NCBI RefSeq assembly: GCF_006345805.1
Contig: NC_042997.1
Span: forward strand, 191,022,001-191,086,000
Source: Octopus sinensis
Taxonomy: Eukaryota
Reading direction: 5' to 3'
DNA length: 64,000 bases
In this document: in pieces, positions 27,931-41,450 of the stretch
Position numbering within the stretch: position 1 is the first letter of the stretch
Layout: each line of letters opens with the position of its first letter
Made by a program: the position numbers and the translations under genes
Notes under the pieces: model-generated
Told to the model about the DNA's origin: nothing
What the model saw: the letters and a program-made list of their open reading frames with translations, nothing else
Databases searched by the model: none

Positions 27931-28442
27931 CCGTAAATCTTCGAGTATAATCCGCATTTTTCCCCCAAATTTAAAGGTCAAAATCCCTAGTGCGTACTAT
28001 ATACGAGGTTAAAAATGAAAAATATTTTCTAAGCAACGTCCGAGTCTCTATTTGCTGTCCGGCAATGTTTATTCAGACGCATTTTGTGATGTAGGGCGCG
28101 AAAATACATTAAGCTAAGCCTGAAAGCAATGAAGAAGCATCTATAACTTGCAGTAAGCAACGTCTATTAAAATAAATGTATTCAGAACACAGAATAACAT
28201 ATAATAAAAACAATTTGCAAACATATTTACATTCCCATATAACAGTTAAAAACATCACCATTATTGTACTAGGCATGCGCGAATGTTTTTGTTCGACTAG
28301 GCGCTGTTGGCTTAATTACGCACGACTTAAGTTAGAGAAGGAGTGCGTGTTATACACAAGGTTTAGGTTTTTCAGGGGTACAGTCCCTTAAAAATCCCCT
28401 ACGTATTATACTCAAGGGCGGACTATACTCGAAGATTTACGG
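27931..28442. mobile_element. Tc1/mariner (pogo/Tigger-like) MITE; same family in opposite orientation at 39338-39817
   Basis: 19-bp TIR CCGTAAATCTTCGAGTATA and TA TSD at both ends. Confidence 0.88.
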
Positions 28443-28869
28443 TACTAAGAAAATCATATCGTTATTTTGGACCTCACCTTATAAACCCAACACTTGTTTC
28501 AATTGCATTAACATATACATATAAATATATATTTATATATATATATACACACACACACACACATAAATGTACATATACATATATATATAGAAAATATCAT
28601 TAAAATTAAGAATAATATCCGCGAAAATATATGTTAATGCATCATTATGAAGGTTATCCAAAATCAGTGAAATTAAAATAAGCATCTGAAAAAATTTAGC
28701 AGTTAATAAACGTTAACAAAAAGAAACTCCTAAATCGAATTCAGTCTAAGACATTCTTTCATTCTACCAGTGGTAACGCCATTGGGTAACGAAATTCTTT
28801 CATAGAAATAAGGATAAAAATAAACTCAAAAATAAACGTATTTAAGAAAAGTCATTCAACTATTCGTGA

Positions 28870-29700
28870 TGTCAATAAATGATGGGGTCAAAATAACAAT
28901 AATCATAAGGAACCTCTATATCATCACCTGACTTACTTGCATCATGCACAGGGGGTGTGGTACCTTTGCCAAGGTTCAGTAACCATGTTGCAAATTCTCT
29001 GTTGTTCTAATATTTTGGCTCAACCAGAGAGGAGAATTCTTGATACAGACAGCAATGTTGAAGTTATCCCTGTCCACGCACAACAGCACACTTGATAGTT
29101 GTTCCTTCACAGATGTGAGATCAAGGTATTATATATGTAAGTTTTTCCACAGCCTCCGGGAGCATCCACATAGATATAGAAATATTCCGGCACATCACCT
29201 CTCCTTTTCTTTCCAACTGCTTCAATGACTGCATCAGCGATCACTATCTGCTCATTAGTAAGGGTTGCAATGCCTGGCTGGTTCACGTCATCTTCATGCT
29301 CAATCTGTTGAGGCAAGCTAATATTAAGGCAGCTAGTGCCATTTTCAAATAACACAGTATTTATGGAGTGTAGAGCCATATCTTCCGCCTGTTCTGCATT
29401 CAAACCTCGCTGAACATAATCTTCCATCATAGATACCTTGTGAGTGTTCCACAGGCGAAGAACATAAGTAGCGTTTTAATAGGTGCAGAGAGCCACAAAC
29501 ATAATACGCAGCTGAGATGGCATCCGATGTGCAGCAACTTCAAGTATGGCATGCTCCAACCTCTCATCATTCTGAAGAAGACCAACTCTTATGCACACAC
29601 CTTTAAATGCTGCACAGATTTCACCTCCTACAGTGCGCACTTCTTCAAAGCTCTTAGCGCCTAGGACATGCAAAAACAATCGTAGGTGAAATTTTTCTAC
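28870..29700 (-). mobile_element. Helitron RepHel (PIF1-like helicase) remnant
   Basis: LHVLGAKSFEEVRTVGG..CIRVGLLQND, Walker A YVDAPGGCGKTYIYNTLI, then AWTGITSTLL and FATWLLNLGKG fragments; frameshifted and deleted. Confidence 0.88.
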
Positions 29701-30094
29701 GTCCCTAGTACTCCCTTTTACTTGTTTCAGTCATTTGACTGCGGCCATGCTGGAGCACCGCCTTTAGTCGAGCAACTCGACCCCGGGACTTATTCTTTGT
29801 AAGCCCAGTACTTATTCTATCGGTCTCTTTTTGCCGAACCGCTAAGTGACGGGGACATAAACACACTAGCATCGGTTGTCAAGCAATGCTAGGGGGACAA
29901 ACACAGACACACAAACACACACACATACATATATATACGACGGGCTTCTTTCAGTTTCCGTCTACCAAATCCACTCACAAGGCTTTGGTCGGCCCGAGGC
30001 TATAGTAGAAGACACTTGCCCAAGGTGCCACGCAGTGGGACTGAACCCAGAACCATGTGGTTGGTAAACAAGCTACTTACCACACAGCCACTCT

Positions 30095-30990
30095 GCTGAC
30101 GATGTTGTTCCTTCTCCTGGGTGCCTGGTTCAATGCAGTGCCATCACTCCCGACTGGCACTCAGCTGGATAGCGACTGTTTGCGTATCGGTGTGTCCCTG
30201 AGGCTTGACCTCCAGATCTGTGAGCCTCACAAATGTCTCTTTCGGCCTCCGCCAATTGTTATGCCATTTTAGTACTGACTCTCTTGCATGCCATGCTGCT
30301 CTCAATGAGGTCATACAGCATGACCTAGACGCTGCTTGAGCCAGAGAGGCTGGACAGAAGGTCAGTAAAAAGTCAGACAGAGGGTACTGTAAAGGGCCAG
30401 ACACAGGGTACAGTCACTAGCGTGGCTGGGGATGGGGGTCGGTAGGGACAGTCAGCCCCGGGTAGCACACTTAAAGGAGCGGCACTTTTCATCCTGTTGT
30501 AAACTATTGCTGTAGACAAAATTTGCTTCTTGTGGGGTCCGGGGGATGGAAAACAGAGGGGTAACCCGGGCGGCACATACTCTAGCTACGCTAGTGGCTA
30601 CGGTAAACGGTCAGACAGCATGACAGTTTTCCCGTTCCACGGTGGTAAGGCCCTCATTTGGGATGTCACATGCTGCGACACCATTTCCAGCAGGTGTTTC
30701 CCTGCCTGCCAGCCCAGGCTTCACTGCTTGTCATGCGGAGTAAGGCAAAATGTCGATGTATCGATCACTGTCTGCCCGATTTGTGGCCGAGCCCGTGGCT
30801 GTGGAGACTTCCCACGTTCTTGGTCCCAGGACTACATCCATGTTCACTGTTACCCATGCAGAGTTGGCTATTCGCAAGTGCGAGACCCGTGAGTCGGAGT
30901 GACTGTTCCAGCACGTCTCCCTCTCTATCCTCGGGAGCAACACCTTTTTCCATTTTGTCCGTCGGGACCACGAGGCAGCCTGAACATTTT
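30095..30990 (+). mobile_element. CRE-clade-like RLE non-LTR retrotransposon, 3' remnant
   Basis: GAWFNAVPS...LRIGVSLRLDLQICEPHKC, HAALNEVI and GKRSDSMTVFPFHGGKALIWDVTCCDT (PD-(D/E)xK endonuclease region). Confidence 0.75.
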
Positions 30991-31439
30991 TGCTTAGCTA
31001 CATTTAACATGCAAAGTTCAATTGCAGTCAGTCATCTCAATTTTTTTTTTTAATAAATGAATCTGTTATGTGTAGTTTCGTTCTGATGGGATAGACAACT
31101 CAATACGAAGCCATTGTTATTGTTTTACGTGTTTATTTACTTTACATGTTACACGAACTGTCAACATTCAGCGTAGTGATACCTATATACTTTAGACACA
31201 GTTCGTACTGTTCACTAACAAAATAGTGACAAAAGTGGGGATGTATTCTACACACGTAGACCTACGTATACACATAGATATGAATGTGTAACAGAATCAG
31301 ATTTTTATTCTGCAACATACTTTTACAGGATGAAAAGAAAAGTACAAAAACGTTAAAAGTATTTTTTTTAAAATAGGATAATCGAGATAAAAAAGGAATT
31401 GAACTACCTCACCCAGGAAACAAAGACAAAGTGGTTAAC

Positions 31440-32291
31440 TGCGGAGGATAGTAGGATGAGTAACGGGTTGTACACCCCACACCAAGTGGTATGTTCAGCG
31501 CTGGCAGAAACGTTAGCACGCCGGGCGAAATGCTTAGCGGTATTTCGTCTGCGTTACGTTCTGAGTTCAAATTCCGCCGAGGTCGACTTTGCCTTTCATC
31601 CTTTCGGGGTCGATAAATTAAGTACTAGTTACGCACCGGGGTCGATGTAATCGATTTAATACCTATGTCTGTCCTTGTTCGTCCCCTCTGTGTTTAGCCC
31701 CTTGTGGGTAATAAAGAAATAGGTATGTTCAGCAGCGCCTTGTGGACATGATTGCAAAGATGTTGCCGCGGAGAATGGCCAGCGATACTCGATGCAACAG
31801 CCATCCCGGATCAAATTTAACAATTAATGACTTCATTGTTCAAGTACAACAGAAAGGATTTTATCAATGTAAAGTATACTAGCCATCTCAACATGACTAA
31901 CCACTAAGGGTGGGTGTTACTGTAGCTTTTTAGTGAGATGGCTAGTATACTTTACATTGTCGAGCGGTTTCTGTTTACATCTCGTTCAGAGATTTATTAT
32001 GATTTTATCCTTATTGTCAAGTTAAAGGTGTGGCAGGATTGCCAAAGGTGTAATTAAAAAACCACACCCAGATATACTTGTAAACACCAATCTTTGATCA
32101 AGGGCTGCGTAAGCAGTCATCCGAAAAGTTGCGCAAAGAAAACAAAAATATTAAAAAAAAAGTGAACGAAACTATTTTGCAAATCAATTAAAAAACATAC
32201 AGAGCTCTGAACTGTTTACTCAATTCCAAGAATTTTATAATTTCAAGGAAAGATCAGTAATCGATAGATTTTCTGCCACACACACCACACA

Positions 32292-32329
<38 letters not shown>

Positions 32330-32436
32330 GCACACACACACACACACACAATCTCTCTATTTCAGTCTCTCTTTCTCTTTTCCTCTCTCACTTGCTCTCG
32401 CTCTCTCTCTCGTTCGCTGCCTCTTTCTCTCACTCG

Positions 32437-32478
<42 letters not shown>

Positions 32479-33010
32479 CGCTGTCTATCTGTCTATCTGT
32501 CTCTCTCTCTCTCAGTTTCACTTTCGCTGTCTCTTTTCCCTGTTTCTCTTTTTAAACACTTTGATATACAAACGAGTATATAAACAACGAAGAGAGAGCT
32601 AGAGGAAAAGAGAGAGAGACGGCAGAGAGAGGAAGTGGGGGAAGAGATAAGAAAAATACGGAGGAGACTATTGATAAAAAAAAAATTGAACATGACTGAA
32701 AACGAAATTAGATATGAATGTGAAAGTAAAGCAAGAAAGCGTGTGCGTATATAAGATATCTAGGAAGCTGCAACAAGTCATAACCGTCCAGTTCAAGAGA
32801 TTCTTTGTCTGTCACTGACAGCGGTGTTAGAATGAGGTGTTCCAGTAGTATGAGCGAACATCAACACATGTTCTGTGATATAACTAATCCTCCGCAAGGA
32901 CTCGGCGAGAAGACCTATGAGGTTTGATTGTTTATCTTGATATTTTATGAGTGAAATTGTACGGATGACTGTCGGATAGGTTGCACTTGTAACTGAAAGG
33001 TCCACCTCAC
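31440..33010. repeat. Copy 2 of the duplicated block (no LINE; has its own SINE and 135-bp insertions)
   Basis: Colinear with 1-593 and 4767-5295; the (CT)n site is empty. Confidence 0.85.
31500..31721 (+). mobile_element. tRNA-derived SINE family C (further copies 34745-34970 -, 35748-35950 -)
   Basis: 12-bp TSD GGTATGTTCAGC (31488-31499, 31722-31733); B-box GAGTTCAAATTCC; ends AATAAAGAAATA. Confidence 0.9.
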
Positions 33011-33024
33011 TCTCTTTCTTTCTT

Positions 33025-33112
<88 letters not shown>

Positions 33113-33998
33113 TATATATCACCCTCTTTGATTCCCTCTCTCTCTGTCTCTCTTTCTCTCTCTCCTGCGACCTGCTGCTTCTTCAACCATTCTGTTGGCC
33201 TTCGTATCTCGACCAACATGTGTCCCCGCTACCGAAACGGTAATTATTTCTACGCCAGCTGCTATGTTGTTGTTGTTTTGTCTCATTTGGTCTAAAGTCG
33301 TATGACAACCACCGTTATATATATTTTGTTTTTTCATTACTGTTTTCAATTTCGTTTTCGTCTCTTGTATTCACATCCGTCTTGTGCGTTCACATTCCTG
33401 TCTTCTACCAAGAAATCTAATGCTTACAGCTTAGTTTTTTTTTTCTTGGGGCTGGCCGAGTTGGAGCAAATATCAGAATTGAACAGCCGAAATTTGCTAT
33501 GATGATTCGGTGTCTGACTGAAGATTGAAGGCTTCGAATGATTTGTCTGTGTTCCGTGTTCGTCCCTTCCTGTATTTCACGTTCATTATATATAAAAACA
33601 TTCATTTATATATATATATATATACATATACATATACATGGCATCTAAACTACACTACCTCATGTTCCTAAGATTCATATCTACATCTTTATCTGTATAT
33701 TTACCTTCCCTAAGATGTTATTAATTGATTTGAGAAGTTTATATTATTGTAAAAACTATATGAAATTAGCTGAAGATTACTCGGCATCTTAAATCTGCTG
33801 TAATATTTATAGCTTTTAATAAAATGTTGTAGTATGAAACAATTGTACTAAATTACCGGATTCATTCTTGTTGCTTATTTTTGATTATAATCACCCCGCA
33901 TATTTTTATGGGTAACACCAAAAAAAAAAGAAAGATTCTGGTGCATCTAAATTAAGTGCCATATTCATTTGAATCTAAATTGTTGCTGAACTTATATA

Positions 33999-34088
<90 letters not shown>

Positions 34089-34579
34089 ATATTTTACATA
34101 CACACACGCAAAGTATGGGGGTTTAGTTCACGTGTAATCTAAACGATTAGATACGCTAGGTAAGTTAGCGGATTGCTAGGGCTCCAAGGTTGTAGCCAAC
34201 ACGGTAGTTATGGAGCCATTGCAGGTTTCCGAGATAGCGAAACAGGTGTGTGTGTGTGTGTGTGTGTGTGTATAACTTTTATCGGAGTTTTTGGATCAAG
34301 ACGTCTACACACGTTGAATTTTTCTCCGTTTTGACGGATTTTTCAGATTTTTCTCCCACCAGGCCGTTGAAATCATGGGAGGCGGGAGGCATCTTTTTAT
34401 GAGAAGAAAGTTTGTAATTCCTTTCTACTAATGTGAGCGTCCTGATCCGAAATTCTGCCTCTAAATGTATGTATGTATGTATGTATGTATGTATGTATGT
34501 ATGTATGTATGTATGTATGTATGTATGTATGTATGTATGTATGTATGTATGTATGTATGTATGTATGTATGTATGTATG

Positions 34580-34610
<31 letters not shown>

Positions 34611-35084
34611 TGTATGTATGTATGTATGTATGTATGTATGTATGTATGTATGTATGTATGTATGTATGTATGTATGTATGTATGTATGTATGCATGCATG
34701 CATGCATGTATGCATGCATGCATGCATGTATGTATGTGAGAGATATATATTTCTTTACTGCCCACAAGGGGCTAAACACAGAGGGGACAAACAAGGACAG
34801 ACAAACGGATTAGGTCGACTACATCGACCCCAGTGCGAAACTGGTACTTTATTTATCGAATCCGAAAGGATGAAAGGCAAAGTCGACCTCGGCGGAATTT
34901 GAACTCAGGACGTAATGGCAGACGAAATACGGCTACGCATTTCGCCCGGCGTGCTAACGTTTCTGCCGAGATATATACGACGGCCCACTTACCATGGTTG
35001 AGGTGAAAACTTCTGACTGCACAGCCACTCCTACATCTCTCTATCTCTCTCTCCCCTCTTTCTCGTTTCTCCTTTCTCCACCCC

Positions 35085-35306
<222 letters not shown>

Positions 35307-35404
35307 GTTTTAAACGTACATACATACATACATACATACATACATACATACATACATGCATGCATGCATGCATGCATGCATGCATGCATACATACATACA
35401 TACA

Positions 35405-35435
<31 letters not shown>

Positions 35436-35628
35436 TGATCTGTGTTAGCAACATTATAGGCCGCCAAGTAAATCAATGCGATGATAGTATTTTATGGACA
35501 GCAGCACACAGTATACGGAAATTAGAATTGTATCCCTAGACCTGTAAGACCACCTACCTACACAGGTAACAGCCTAGTGTCCCCATGCTTTAAGATGGTA
35601 CTAATAGAGTTATCTATCTATCTATCTA

Positions 35629-35705
<77 letters not shown>

Positions 35706-36011
35706 TTTTATCTATTTTTTTCTTTCTGTCTCTTTGCCTGCCTGTCTTATTTCTTTATTGCCCACAAGAGGCTAAACATAGAGGAGACAAACGAGGATAG
35801 ACAAAGGGGTTAAGTCGATTAGATCGACCCCAGTGCATAACGGGTACTTAATTTATCGACCCCTCGGCGGAATTTGAACTCAGAACGTAACGACAGATAA
35901 AATACTGCTACGCATTTCGCCCGTCGTGCTAACGTTTCTGCCAGCTCGCCGCCCTAATAGAGCTATCTTTCTATCTATCTATCTATCTATATCTATCTAT
36001 CTATCTATCTA

Positions 36012-36070
<59 letters not shown>

Positions 36071-36083
36071 ATCTATCTATCTA

Positions 36084-36127
<44 letters not shown>

Positions 36128-36345
36128 TCTATCTACCTATCTATCTATCTATCTATCTATCTACACTGATAGAGCTATCTATCTATCTATTTTTTTATCC
36201 ATGTATTTACCTATTTTTTTCTTTCTGTCTGTTTGCCTGTTTGTCTGTCAGTTTATCTCTTCTCTCTCAAACATACATTCCTTCTTATGGTATGTTGATT
36301 CTATGTGACTGTACATTAAAGGTACCTCAGAAATTTACGAGTGTA

Positions 36346-37261
36346 GGACAAAAGCCCCTCAGACAAAAGCCCCAGAGTTAAAGTGTTTAAGTGGACAAAA
36401 GTCCCATATTTAAAGTGTGAAAGTGGACAAAAGCCCCATATTTAAAGTGTGAAAGTGGACAAAAGCCCCATATTTAAAGTGTGAAAGTGAACAAAAGCCC
36501 CATATTTAAAGTGTGAAAGTGAACAAAAGCCCCATAGTTAAAGCGTGAAAGTGAACAAAAGCCCCAGAGTTAAAGTGTTTAAGTGGACAAAAGTCCCATA
36601 TTTAAAGTGTGAAAGTGAAAAAAAACCCCGTAGTTAAAGTGTGAAAGTGGACAAAAGCCCCATAGTTAAAGTGTGAAAGTGAACAAAAGCCCCATATTTA
36701 AAGTGTGAAAGTGGCCAAAAGCTTCATATTTAAAGTGTGAAAGTGGACAAAAGCCCCTCGGACAAAAGCCCCATATTCAAAGTGTGAAAGTGGACAAAAG
36801 CCCCTCGGACAAAAGCCCCATATTCAAAGTGTGAAAGTGGACAAAAGCCCCTCGGACAAAAGCCCAATAGTTAAAGTGTGAAAGTGGACAAAAGCCCCAT
36901 ATTTAAAGTGTGAAAGTGGACAAAAGCCCAATAGTTAAAGTGTGAAATGGGCAAAAGCCCCTCGGATAAAAGCCCCATATTTAAAGTGTGAAAGTGGACA
37001 AAAGCCCCTCGGACAAAAGCCCAATAGTTAAAGTGTGAAAGTGGACAAAAGCCCCTCAGACAAAAGCCCCATATTTAAAGTGTGAAAGTGGACAAAAGCC
37101 CCTTGGATAAAAGCCCCATAGTTAAAGTGTGAAAGTGGACAAAAGCCCCTCGGACAAAAGCCCCATAATTAAAGTGTGAAAGTGGACAAAAGTCCCATAA
37201 TTAAAGTGTGAAAGTGGACTAAAGCCTCATAGTTAAAGTGTGAAAGTGGACAAAAGCCCCA
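36346..37261. repeat. Minisatellite, ~32-bp unit with an optional 15-bp sub-repeat
   Basis: GTGGACAAAAGCCCCATATTTAAAGTGTGAAA repeated; variants insert GGACAAAAGCCCCTC. Confidence 0.95.
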
Positions 37262-38364
37262 CGGTTATATTTTTCGATTTCGTTTTTTTACCTTTTAATT
37301 ATTTCAGTCATTAGACTGTGGCCATGCTGGGGCACCACCTTGAAGAATCTTTTAGTCGAATATAACGCCCCCAGAATTTTAAAAAATTACTTTCAGTTAA
37401 TGTTACAACTTGATCTGGAAATGAAAATCAGAAACAAAAGAATAGTGTAATGGGTGTTAAAAATGTGTCAGGAAACGAATATGCAAAAAAAAAAAAAAAA
37501 AAATGCACGCAAAGCAACGGGAGGGTGGGGAGAGGAGCTCGGAAAATTCACAAGATCTGAGTTTTTCCCTCATAACTTTTAGGAAAATGGGGTTTTTTTC
37601 AATGAAATTTTATAGAAATACCTTTCAAATGGCATACATTACGATTAGGAAGAAATTTGTGGGTAAAATCTTTTCCAAGGGGGTGGGGAGAGGACTTCAG
37701 AAAATTCACAAGATCCGAGTTTTTACCTTGTTTATTATTCTTTTCAAATTTCTTTGATTTTTTTCAATTTAATGTAATCCATACTCTAGAAAACGTATTT
37801 TTGCAAAATGTCACCTTAAAATATGTGTTAAGAAAGGGGGCAGAGGCAGTTTCGCACCCCACCTTCAAAAGTGCAATTTTTTCATAAAGATTTCTTCGGA
37901 TTCCTAGTTATGGTGGAAGTTGCACTTGTAAAAATTTAACGTGTGTATATATATATATATGTGTGTGTGTATGTGTATGTATGTATATCACTGTGATCAC
38001 CGTGACCGACCAGGCCATCAGATGTTGTTACACATCGCTGGTCACAATGCGCTTCACATTGTTTTAGCCTTCAAATGACGCCACCCTGCTGGCTAAGCGA
38101 GCAGGCCATGTATGTATATATATGTGTGTGCGTGTGTGTGTGTGTATGTGTGTGTCTGCTGTCAGAGAAAAACCATTGTTCCATCGTGGGAAAAGTTCTG
38201 TAGCAGTGTTGATTTAAATTTGGCTGTGGTGGATCGAATCCACTTCATGCATGCAAGATGCGCTACATATATGTGCGTGTGTGTATACATATATATATAT
38301 ATATAGTATATATATATATATGCATACATATATATATATATATAGATGTATGTATATGATATGT

Positions 38365-38401
<37 letters not shown>

Positions 38402-38456
38402 ATATAATATATATATATATATATATAGATATATATATATATAATATAATATATAT

Positions 38457-38520
<64 letters not shown>

Positions 38521-40926
38521 AGAGAGAGATAGAGAGAAAGTAATAATGAGTGGATGAGAATAACGACGGAAGGGTTAAAAAAGTGTGAAAATAATTGAAG
38601 ATAAAATGTATGTATGCATATATGTGTGAATGGCTTCAGTGACACACATACATATATATATAATACATATATACGACAGGCTTGTTTCAGTTTCCATCTA
38701 CCAAATCCACTCACAAGGCTTTGGTCAGCCCGAGGCTATAGTAGAAAACACTTGCCCAAGGTGCCACGTAGTGGGACTGAACCCGGAACCATGTGGTTGA
38801 TAAGCAAGCTACTTACCACACAGCCACTCCTACGCATGTCAACATTATAGAATTCTTGATTCTTAAGATTATCTGTCTTTCTCATGACCTGGTTTTAATT
38901 ACCATTTAATTACCATTTAGTAGCTATGACACATCTTCAAGAGACAAAGATAATTTTAATGAGTCAATAATTTATATTGTATGGTATTTGATATACCTGC
39001 ATTTGTTTACACGCACCTGCTGTAGTTGTTACTTTAGCCATAGGTCGTCCCTGATCAAGCAGTTACATGGTCTCCCTGCTGTTATTTCACACACTACATA
39101 TCTAAGAAACATCTAAAGTTACTTTATCCAATGTCACCATCCTCTTTTTTCAAGACAATGAAGTTCTGATCAAAGGGAGATTCAGCTGCTATTTCTAGCA
39201 GGTCATGTAATCACATCAAGGTTTCCTAGATGACTTGTCTGTACATGTGTAGATATTCTAATGGTGGACACATCAGAATCAGCAAAGATCAATTTACAGG
39301 ATTCACCATATGATAGCTGCTTGCATCTCCACACTTACTGTAAATCCTTGAGTATAGTCTGCTCTTGAGTATAATACACAGGGGATTTTTAGAGGACTGT
39401 ACCTCTGAAAAACCTAAACCTTGTGTATAATACGCACCCCTTCTCTAACTTGAGTCAAGGAGGTCTATATAACGTCCTTGGTTTGTAAAAATGTATACGG
39501 TAACATCCTTTATTATTATTGCATATATAACATAATGCAAACGTGTAGCTTTTTTGTGCATTTTGTTTGCAGAAAATAAAGAAATAACGGTAATAAAGTT
39601 TAATAAATATTGCTAACTGCAAGTTATGGATGATTTAAGGTATTTTCATGCCTGACATCACAAAATGCGTCTGAATAAACATTGCCGGACAGCAAACAGA
39701 GACTCGGACATTGCTTAGAAAATAATTTTCATTTTTAACCTTGTGTATAATACGCACTAGGGATTTTGACCTTTAAATTTGGGGGGAAAAATGCGGATTA
39801 TACTCGAGGATTTACGGTATTCATCCTAGTGTAATATTTAAGGCTATAAGCTCAGTGAAAATCAGCCCTGCTTTTATACTCAGAAATTGCAACCAATTTT
39901 ACACCTTTGTTCTCATCATCATCATCATCATCACTGCCCCCACCATCACCATCATCATTATTATCATTTTATGTCCGCAGGAGTGGCTGTGTGGTAAGTA
40001 GCTTGTTTACCAACCACATGGTTCCGGGTTCAGTCCCACTGCGTGGCACCTTGGGCAAGTGTCTTCTATTATAGCCTTGGGCCGACCAAAGCCTTGTGAG
40101 TGGATTTGGTAGATGGAAACAGAAAGAAGCCCATCGTATATATGTATAAATATATATATGCGTGTGTGTGTTTGTGTGTCTGTGTTTGTCCCCCTAGCGT
40201 TGCTTGACAACCGATGCTGGTGTGTTTATGTCCCCGTTACTTAGCGGTTCGGCAAAAGAGACCGATAGAATAAGTACTGGGCTTACAAAAGAATAAGTCC
40301 CGGGGTCGAGTTGCTCGATTAAAGAGTAAGAGTAAAAGAGTTCTAAGAGCTAAATGCTGTAACATAAGAAGCACCTGTGTCAGTGCCTCCTGGAGAGCAT
40401 TTGTACCAGTGCCACATCAAAGCACCATGCTGGTTCCACATAAAGGGCACATATACATGTGTTGCATTTAAAGCACCCATCTCAGTGCCACATAGAAAGA
40501 TTCCAGTACACTCTGTGAAGTGGTTGGCATCAGGAAGAGCACTGAGCCCCAGAAACCATGCCAAAACAGATAACTGGAGCCAGGTACAGCTCTCCAGCTG
40601 GCCACCACCTGTCAAAACGTCCAACCCATGCCAGCATTGAAAATGAGGATTATTCTGTTCAAAACATGTTGTAGTAGAAAAGATGAGTCATTTTGAAACC
40701 TTACATACAGGATTTCATTTTGTATGCATTCTTGTTCCTGAAAAATGGTACCTGTTTAGATAACAAGAGTTTTGTCGGTAGCATATAAATTAAGTAGCTG
40801 AAACCTAGCTAAGATAGGTGAAGTGAAATGTCTTAGGTTTGTATAAGTTTCAAAGTATAATACCAATTATGGTAATAGAAGCTTTGTATCAAATAGCAGT
40901 GAAACAGTGATAAAATATAATGTCTG

Positions 40927-40970
<44 letters not shown>

Positions 40971-40996
40971 CAGACATTATATTTTATCACTGTTTC

Positions 40997-41231
40997 TCGG
41001 CGGCCGAGACGAAGGCGGTTACGGCGACGACGTCTATTACCGCGCGCCGAGTCGTTCGACGCAGACAAGACGTGACGAGACGAGACGAGACACAACGCAA
41101 CACTTCGTAACTCCGACTCCGACTCCAAGCCGCAACAATTTCGCCATCTTTCCTCACCTCCTCCCGCTTCTCCGCCTCGAAGGGGCGGATCGTGTCGTTC
41201 GCGAGAAGAGACTCAATAGATCGCAGTGTGG
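40997..41231 (-). rRNA. Probable dispersed rDNA fragment (28S 3' terminus plus 3' ETS), non-functional
   Basis: GC/CpG-rich island whose minus strand starts CCACACTGCGATCTATTGAG, resembling the conserved CTGCGATCTATTGA near the eukaryotic 28S 3' end (recalled, not searched). Confidence 0.5.
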
Positions 41232-41413
41232 TATATATATATATTGCAGACATTATATTTTATCACTGTTTCACTGCTATTTGATACAAAGCTTCTATTA
41301 CCATAATTGGTATTATACTTTGAAACTTATACATGCTAGCATGGAGAACGGACGTTAAATGATGATGATGATGATGATGATGATATACAGAGTGTGAGAG
41401 AGAGAGATGTACA

Positions 41414-41448
<35 letters not shown>

Positions 41449-41450
<2 letters not shown>

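Noticed and set aside
33518-33545. CTGAAGA (and CTGACGA at 52737) as hammerhead cores
   Set aside because: No compatible stem II closed directly by GAAA and no stem I/III pairing.
36346-37261. Minisatellites (also 54914-56059, 61940-62115) as CRISPR-like arrays
   Set aside because: No unique spacers, eukaryotic context and no cas genes.
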